Shown one piece after another: positions 49,319 through 64,000 of a DNA stretch of 64,000 nucleotides. This DNA is from Azolla caroliniana (lineage: Eukaryota; Plantae; Polypodiophyta). Position 1 is the stretch's first letter; every line of letters starts with the position of its first letter. A model generated the notes under the pieces. The model was given only the letters and a program-made list of their open reading frames with translations, searched no databases and was not told where the DNA came from. The stretch is taken from assembly GCA_043228905.1 (NCBI GenBank), contig JBHGNT010000003.1, forward strand, positions 17,546,001 to 17,610,000. Reading direction: 5' to 3'. The position numbers and the translations under genes are program-made.

Positions 49319-50961
49319 TCTCTCTCCTTTCTTGTTTCATATATCTTATATCCTTATCATATGCTTACATCAGATCATCACTATAATAGTTGGTATCAGA
49401 GGTTATGTGTCTAATGTTTCTTTTGTTGGTTTTTGTTGTCTTCTTGATGGATGGTGATCGATCGACGTGCGGTCAACCTTGATCTAGATAGCGATCAACA
49501 AAGGAACTTTGGTAACTCTTTCTTGTTTTTCTTTTCTATTCTTTCTTCTCCCAATCTAATCATGTATAGTCAATGTGTTTTTTCTTTATTGATTCAATGA
49601 TGTTGTGGTAATGGATTGGTTGTATAAAATGTATTCATATGTTTATGAGATAAGTACCTCATTTGACATATATTTAATATGTGATTCATGTCGTATGCGT
49701 ACAAGGTTAATACCTCAATTGCGTATTACGTTCACATACATATGTTATGTATGCGTATGAGGTTAATACCTTGATTTCTAAGTAAATGATACGCGTTTGG
49801 TATCGTATGCATAAGAGGTCAATACCTCAATTGTGTATTACGATTAACCCTTATTTTTGGATGTTTCGTGTGCGTAGAGGCTATATGCCTCGATTACATA
49901 TTTCAATTACATCATTGTTGGCTATTTGATATTACAATTTTTTTTATATGCATATGTGGTCATGTGTATACGTATTTGATCGTATATATGTGATAAATAT
50001 ACATATGTGTATATTAGTTATTACGTGATTTCTATATCGTATGTGTATATTCGAGGAAAGGATCTTGGTGGCCATCCTCACATTTTTGTGAGAATGACAT
50101 AATCACCATTCTTTTTTCAACAATTTTTTTGTTGACATCCTTGTTGGTCACTTCTTTTTCATTATGTAACGAAACGATCATAGCCACAATGATGTTGAGA
50201 ACGTAGGGCTTGACCCACTTCATGTGAGGTCGCTCCTATGACACACATATCCAACATCCCTCCCTCATTACATGGATACGATGCCACCATGAGATCATTC
50301 TTACGAAAGGCATTCATAATGACGTAACCATGTGATGGGCCACATTGGCCTACTACGAAAAGAGGGCTCATTTGGCTTGACCATTAGGTTGCACTTTGGC
50401 GTATGCCATCGTAATTATGAGACTTGAGGTTAGGTAACGTACCAACATAGTTTGTGGTAAACGAGAGGGAAATAAGGATTCTTGACATATATGTTTCTTT
50501 AAAAAAAAAAAAAAAGGGCAAATGCCTCGCATATCTCTTATACGCATAAAACGTTAAACATTCAACACAAGCAACCTATTTGATTCGCTCAAGTGTTTAA
50601 TGCATTTGTTCTCGAGGTCTTGAGTTCTAATATGACCAAGACCATACAACATTATTGATACATATGACTATAATAAATGTTTAGACTTTAGGTCTAAGTG
50701 CACTTCGGGGTCCTCGTAATAGGACTTAAAGAGCTGAAACCACATACATGGGCACATAAATATAGTTTATTGTTAATATAATTTTCGTGTATAAACTATT
50801 CATGACACGAACATACATGGTTGAGCCTCGGGGAGCCGCCATGAAAAAATCGATATAGAGATAAAGGAAAGACATTCATTTGTCACCCCCATGGTTTTTA
50901 AAACACCTTTGTGTTACCATAGTAACCTGATCTTGAACCTCATCTCATACGTCTAGAGGGG

Positions 50962-56776
<5,815 letters not shown>

Positions 56777-56898
56777 AGGGGTATTGACATGAGATCATGA
56801 TATCGATTAATGTTGGTCCATGATATGTTTACATCACGACTTGATGTTATGACTATTTGTTTGACCTTATCCTATTTCTTTTCCAGAAATTATCATTC

Positions 56899-59800
56899 AA
56901 TGGCTCAAAATAATGACCCGATGTCATCCGCTCAAGTGGAAGGAACTCAAGGAAATCCTCCTAGACCAATCTCCATTGAGTCGTATTTCTTACAAATAGA
57001 AAATTTCCTTAGTTCAACCTCTCATCAAATGTTCGAACTTCGGCAATCTCAAAGTGTTCTTGAGGCACGTGTCATTAGTTTATAACGTGACACTAATAGA
57101 CCCGATGAGCGTCAGGGTGAACCATCATTTGTAGTAAAGCCATTTACGGGAGAAAAAAAAGGAATGAACCGAAGAAGCAATCTGCACGTGGCTGGGCTGT
57201 TGGGAGTCTCATTTTGAGCTCTATCCCACCCCGGATAGTACGAAGATTGCATATGTCAGCCGAGAACTTTGGGGAAATTGCATGATACCTCGACAAATTT
57301 TGTCACAGTTTTCAAGGGCCAATTTCTACAACCTCTTTCTCGAACCGAGGCAACACAAGCTTTAATGAACCTCTCTGGCAGGAAGTTTTCCTCGCTAGAA
57401 GACTATGTTCACCATGTTAGAACCCAAATCCAAAAATCGGGTCTAATAGGGGACAACTGGTTAATAGCTTGTTTTGTCAATGGCCTCCCCAATTCGGACT
57501 ATCGCTGGATAGTGCACGATAAGGATCCAAAATCTTTCAAAGAGGCTGTTGAAATAGTTCTTCGCTATCAGCGCACTTCGAAGATGGACCATAACAAACC
57601 CAACGAAGCGCCCAGGACTAAGCAATCGCAATTCGTTGGGAAACGCAAGACACCCAACGAATTCATGGATTGCAATTGTAAGCGACAACATCCTTTTTGC
57701 ATATTCTGCAAAAAGAAGGGTCATACAAAAGAACAATGTCGAAAGCTCCAACGGAAAGAGCACGACATCAAAGAAAAAGTTGCAGACCATAAAGGTCAGA
57801 TTCCTAATGTCCTTGTGGTCTATACACATCATTTAAGTAATTGTCAATGTTCTTTCCCTCATTGTGTATTGGGACCCAATGATTTACTACGTGGAAACGG
57901 GTATATAAATGGATCTCCCATACAATTTTTATTTGATTCGGGAAGCTCACACAATTTTGTGAATGATCGTTTGGTACAGATATGGGGAATCCAGCCCACT
58001 GTAAGTGATCACACCTATAGGGTGCACTTGGTTGATGGAAGAGTACAAAGGACATCACCGGGGCAATTCATTCATTAGGAATTTCTATTGATACTTATAT
58101 AGAGGAAGTAGACTTCCATGTAATGAATCTTTGTACCATTGATGTAATACTGGGTTATCCCTGGTATTTTAATAAAAACACTTCTTTATCTATTGATTGG
58201 GTTCATCATTCAATTACTTTTGTACTGAACGATTGTACTCATTTTATTCAATGTGTTAAAAAACAATCTCTTTCGATTGTTTCCTCTCCATCAATATCCG
58301 AGTTGTCTTGTTCTACTTTATTTTATTGTGTACTTGATTCGAACATTCACGTTTACAATATTGATAATATCTCGGGTTAATTATCATATTTTGAACGACA
58401 ACTAGATGAAATCTTAAATGATTTTCTTGATTATTTTTCGAGTGAAGTACCACATGGGCTACCTCCTAAACGTAATATAGACCATAATATAGGTATTGTA
58501 CCTAGCGTTGCACCAATAAGTATACCTCCTTATCGCTTAAGTCGATCCAAAGAGGATGAGCTATCTAAGCAACTCAAGGACTATTTATGAATGGGTTATA
58601 TACGTTATAGTAAATCTCCATGGGGTGCACCTGTTCTCTTGGTAAAAAAGAAAGAGGGTACATGGCGTATGTGTATTAATTACTGACGCTTGAATAAAGT
58701 GACGATAAAGAATTCATATCCATTGCCCTGGGCTGATGATCTAATTGACTGTCTCTAGGGAGCTCAATATTTTACGAAACTTGATCTCCGTACAAGCTAC
58801 CATCAAATTTGTATTAGTGAGGATGATGTTCCTAAAATGGCATTTCGTATGCGCTATGGCCATTACGAGTTTTTGGTCATGCCTTTCGATTTGACCAATG
58901 CTCCGACCACATTTCAACAAGAAATGAATGACATTTTCCGAGAACAACTTGGAAAATTTGTCATTATTTTTTTGGATGATATTCTAGTTTATAGTCGTAC
59001 ATTAGAAGAACATGCTAAACATGTCCGCTTTGTTTTACAAACATTGCGTGACAAGCTATTCTACGCGAAGATCTCAAAATGCGAGTTCTTCAAGAAATCA
59101 ATTACTTATCTTGGGCATCTCATAACCGAACGAGGAGTTGAAATTGGTCCTTCTCGCATCGAGAAAATCAAACTTTGGCCCACTCTTCGGAATATTTGAG
59201 AAGTTCGATCATTCCTTGGTTTTGTTGGGTTTTTGCGAAAATCCCTTCGTAATTACTCCCAATTGACGACGCCGTTTATTGATCTTCTAAAAGGTCAAAC
59301 GTGTAAGTCTACAAAACCTATTGTGTGGAATGCTACACTAGATCTCGCCTTTAAGGAACTCAAGGACCTAATGTGCAAGGCTCCTTCGCTTCTTTTACAT
59401 GATCCTTCAAAACCTTATGAGGTTGAAATTGATGCAAGAGATTATGCTATAGGTGCTGTCTTATAACAAGATGGTAAACCAATAACATTCGAGAGTAAGA
59501 AACTTGATTCTACTCAATGTCGGTATACCGTTCAAGAAAAAGAATTATTTGCAGTTATACGTGCGTTGAAAACATGGTGCCATTATCTTTATGGAAATCG
59601 TTTTGTGGTAACTACGGACCACAAGTCCTTGAAATATTTCTGTGACCAACAAGACTTGAAAGGCCGTAAGGCATGATGGGCTGATCTCATCCAGGACTTT
59701 GATTTTTCCATACAATATCATAAAGGTTCCATGAACACTATCGCTGATGCACTAAGTCGCATCCATGAAGTTAACATGGTTAGCTTCACTGAAATAACAT

Positions 59801-61250
59801 CATATCTTTATGATCACCTTCGAGGGAAGTATCCTAACGACAGTTATTTTGCCAAATACTGGGCAAGAGTTGAGTCTGGAACAAACACCGCCACATTCTC
59901 GAAGGAATCCTTCCACATTGCTAATGGTCTGCTCTACCATAATAGGAAGGTTTGTGTTCCAAATTTGCATGAAGTCAAAAAGAAAATCTTTTTGAATGCC
60001 ATGATGCACCCTCAACAAGGCACCTTGGAATACATCGTACACTCGTTCTCATCTCCACTCAATTCTATTGGCTTAAGATGTGTCCTGACATACATAGCTA
60101 TGTGACTAAATGTCACCAATGTCAGGTTAACAAAGTTGAGCGACTTAAAGCTGCAAGACTTTTACATCCCTTGAACATTCTCAATAATAAGTGGGAAAGT
60201 ATATCCATGGATTTTATTGTTAGCCTTCCTCGCACCCAAAAAGGCCATGATGCCATCTGGGTTGTGGTCGATAGACTAACTAAAATGGCTAGATTTATTG
60301 CTACTAAAACCATGGTAATAGCTCTTGCATTGGCTTACCAATTCGTTGACAAGTTATTTCGTTTTTATGGGTTACCAATAGATATCGTGAGTGATCGAGA
60401 TCCAAAGTTTACTAGTGACTTCTGGACGCAAATCTTTAAGAAGTTAGAAACTACGTTGAGCATGAGCTCCGCGGATCATCCACAATCCGATGGACAGACA
60501 GAATGAGTAAATCAAATTATTGAGGACATGCTTCGAGCATAAGTTGGTGCAAAACCAACAAAATGGGAACGTTATCTCCCAATTTTGGAGTTTGCTTATA
60601 ACATCTCCAAGCATACGTCGACGAGATATAGTCCTTTTAGGTTGATGTATCGTTTTGTAGCCACGAGCCCCGATTGATGTTAATATACATCATGATGAGT
60701 TGCGAAGTACACACAACTTTCTTCGGGATATGCAAGATATGTTGCATATTGCACAAGATAATATAAAAACAGCTCAAGATAAAGCACGTTTTTACCGTGA
60801 TCATAATAGGCAACCTCGTGTATTCAACCTTGGACAGAAGGTATTTTTACGTGTACCTCACAATTCTAAGACATTGTCTACGGGTAAGTGCGCTAAGTTA
60901 GCCCCACAATTTTGTGGACCTTTTCAAGTCCTTAAACACATTGGTTCATCAGCCTATCGTCTCGCTCTTCCCGATGACGCTGAAATGCATCCAGTTTTTC
61001 ATGTAAGTCATCTAAAAGAACTTCTAGGTTCTAGCGACAATACAGTTACAATTGAAACTCTGGTTACTTCTGAAGAATTATCTTCTAAACCACATGTACC
61101 GGAAAGATTCTCGATATTAAAACAAAAAATCTGCGTACAAAAATAATCCGAGAATTTAAAATTAAATGCATGGATAAATCTATCAAAGAGGCCACATGGG
61201 AACGCGAAAATACTCTTAGAACTAACTTCCCTAACTTTCCATTGCAAGAG
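56899..61250 (+). pseudogene. Gypsy gag-pol (PR-RT-RH-INT-chromodomain) with many stops and frameshifts
   Basis: ORF fragments 56810-57085, 57269-58078, 58123-58380, 58837-59199, 59233-59466, 60078-60506 and 60700-61146. Confidence 0.88.
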
Positions 61251-61665
61251 TGCAATGTTTTCTCTGAGAATTACTGTAGTATTCTATACACGTGGATAAG
61301 TGTGAGGGTTAAACGAGGGTGTAAAGAAGGGGAGGATTACTTTTAATCCTCGGGATTGACACAACCCATTAGGCCAAGTGTGAACTTGCCTGGGGGCCTT
61401 GGGTCTCGCTATAAATATGAGGCCTAACTACCCTCATTTCCTCATCTCTTGACTACGTCGAGACTCTGTTCGTGGTGGGTCAACTCTTGTAGCGAGTGCG
61501 CCAGCACCAGGTGGTATGGGACGCCGATCGAGGCTCGAGTCCGTCTCGATCCCTTCGCTCGGGGTTGGTCGGGTGGATCGACACCCTTCTTTCTCTCTCT
61601 CTCCTTTCTTATTTCATATATCTTATATCCTTATCATATGCTTACATTAGATCATCACTCTAACA

Positions 61666-62107
61666 CTGGGTAGCTGAGGTTGGGCCGAGTGATGGTGAGA
61701 TAGATAAGGCTTCTGACAAGTCGATGATAAAATGTCGGCTCACACTCTTTTGTGCCGGAATAAACATCTAGCCTTAGGTTTCGATCAAGAGGGGTAGCCA
61801 TGGGCTTACACTCTGTCATCCCAAATTTGAATAGAAGATTGAGAATGTAGTGTCTTTGGGAGATCAGGATGACGTCGGGGCTCTGAATTACTTCTATTCC
61901 TAGAAAGTAATGCAACTCCTTTATATCGGTCATTTCGATTCGGCAGGAGAGTAGTCGTTTGGTATGTTTGATGTCCTCCAGGTGCTCTCCTCCAATAAGG
62001 AAGTCCTCTACATAAATTATAATGATCAACTGTCCTCTAGAATCGTTCCAGACGAACATAGAATTATCAAACATGGTCATTTTAAATCTGATTTGGTGAA
62101 GATACTT
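61666..62107 (-). mobile_element. Copia RT fragment, probable upstream continuation of Copia-D
   Basis: ORF 61655-62128 minus (IIYVEDFLIGGEH...KELHYFLGIEV...YLTITRPNLSYPV) closely resembles Copia-C RT and is cut exactly at the Gypsy LTR end. Confidence 0.8.
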
Positions 62108-62575
62108 AGAAGAATAGTGCTCGGACACAACCGAGTCTTAATCACTCAATGGAAGAAAATAGAAAAAAAGGGAATAAGACGACATAGGATGTTAATGTGG
62201 AAAACCTTAAAAGGGAAAAACCACGGGAGCCCACAGACTCCAACTATCACTATGAGAGTAATGATACAATGGGAGACTCAGAGGCAACGACCTCAAGCTC
62301 TGTCTTCGCCAACCGGTGGTTACAACAGAAAATTGTCTGTCTCTCTCGGTCTCATTCTCTCTCTGTGTATACAATAATAATGAATACAACAACCTTATGA
62401 ACACTATTGCCCTAGTTATATTTATAGTCATATAACTTATGGGATAGTTATAAATATGACCTCAACGGTCACGTCTAAACATATTTATCAATATGTTCCT
62501 ATTTGTTGGTTCATACCGGATCCAGCCGGATTCCTTCCGGATCCATCCGGTCTGGTTCCTTCATCATGATCGGTA
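62108..62575 (-). repeat. Truncated LTR of the 8928-9473 solo-LTR family
   Basis: Shares acaaccgagt, gtggaaaacc, aaaaccacg.gagcccac.gactccaactatcactat and ggttacaacag with 8928-9473. Boundaries are approximate. Confidence 0.75.
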
Positions 62576-62579
62576 CAAG

Positions 62580-64000
62580 TGCGATACAAGTGTGAATCAG
62601 TCCGGATGGGGCATGTACGTACATGGCTATGACCGGAGAAATGAAGAAGGACTCCAGAAGATGGAGGATGAGCTACGGTCTACATCAATCATAAAAGAAG
62701 ACGAAGAAATCATGGGAGTAGTCGAAGAAGTGTTCTATGGAAGCATGCTACAACGACTTGAAGAGCTTGCGAAAGAGAATAGCCAAGAAGATCGTGTAGT
62801 TCCGTGGAATCGGTCGAGATGTACGAGATCATTGCGGAAATGGGGCTGGATGTGCTCTGCAAAGAAGAAGCAATGGTGTGTACGAAATACAAGACCGTGG
62901 AAAAGAAGGTGAAACCGTATGCGGGACCATTACCCGCCAATAGTGAACAAAAGAGGAAAGAAGTCTTGGGAGATCCGACACTTCGAAAGTATATGGATAT
63001 CAGACATACCTTCATAAATGAGACCCGGAAGAAACTTCGGATCGGCGGGGATGGGTTCCTCTTACCGGATTATGAAGAACGATTTCATGTGATGTTGGAG
63101 CAGTATGAAAAAGCATTTGTATTCACATCAAGAGAGATAGGGTGTGTTGATTTGAAGATAGTGGAGCCGATGGTGATCTTCATGATTGAACATGTGCCGT
63201 GGAACCTAAAGCCGATTCCAGTGCCCCGGGTGAATATTCCGAAAATCATTGACTTGCTCAAAGAGAAGGTGGCGATGGGGATTCTAGAGCCATCAAATAC
63301 TCCATACTCAAATCAATGGTTTATGGTTCCAAAGAAGAATAGGTCACTCTGGTTTATTCAAGATTTGCAACCGGTGAACAAGTCAGTCCGATAGTGGATG
63401 AATTTGCGGAAGCGTTTGCCGGTCGTGCGATATACTCCATCAGAGACCTATACTCCGGATATGATCAATTTCAACTAGCCCTGGATAGCTGGGATATCAC
63501 TACAATGCAGACACCAATAGGTTTAGTTCGGATGTGTACTCTACCACAAGGAGCGACGAACTCGGTCGCACATATGATGAATGCAATGAACAAGGTGCTT
63601 CAGAACTGCTTTCCATAGATAACAATGTCATTCCGATAAAAGGATGTGCCTTGGAAGAAAAGGATGAGAATATGGATGATCGGGGATGTCGAAAGTTTGT
63701 AGTTGACCATATTCACGATTATGAGAAAGTGCTATAGAAGTTAGAAGACGTGCACTTAACACTCTCCGGAGAGAAATCGACATTCGGACAAGAAGAGATA
63801 CTCGTAGTCGGACATCTATGTGGACCCTACGTCCAGAGATCATCACCAATCAAGATAATTGCGATTCAAGCTATGAAAGAAATATATGTGATTCACAATC
63901 TGAAGCTCGTAGGTTTCTTGGTGCATGTGCATTTTATCACATATGGATTCCGCAGTATGCACACATTGCAGACCCACTCTATCACTTGCTGCGGAAGGGG
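62580..64000 (+). mobile_element. Decayed Ty3/Gypsy pol (RT region) of an atypical lineage, truncated by the window end
   Basis: HVPWNLKPIPVPR, GILEPSNTPYSNQWFMVPKKN, QDLQPVNK, DLYSGYDQF and LPQGATNS. Confidence 0.85.

Overview
Eukaryotic (land-plant) nuclear DNA. The gene orthologues, retrotransposon lineages and dense GA/CT microsatellites suggest a seed-free plant such as a fern, but this is an inference. There are four intact-looking + strand genes: RPL19 (5 exons, 10489-12859), PDX1 (28760-29689), a 5-exon SRP54-M-like/SEC-C-motif protein (32278-36058) and a GONST3-type nucleotide-sugar transporter (44495-45595). Transposon nests surround them. On the left, a decayed DNA-transposon gene (DGMDQ...VGHxHxxID motifs, Sola/DUF7869-like) is split by a full-length Copia (2539-8179, TSD CATCT), followed by a solo LTR (8928-9473, TSD GATTT). 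A second, non-autonomous member of the same DNA-transposon family (15822-19753; 21-bp TIRs, probable 4-bp TSD TGAA) sits inside a Copia RT gene. It carries a ~2.5-kb array of nested 51-bp palindromes, the most unusual structure in the window. On the right is a three-level nest: Copia 50962-56776 inside a chromoviral Gypsy 49319-61665 inside an older Copia. An atypical Gypsy pol runs off the right edge. All coordinates were read by eye and no database searches were run.
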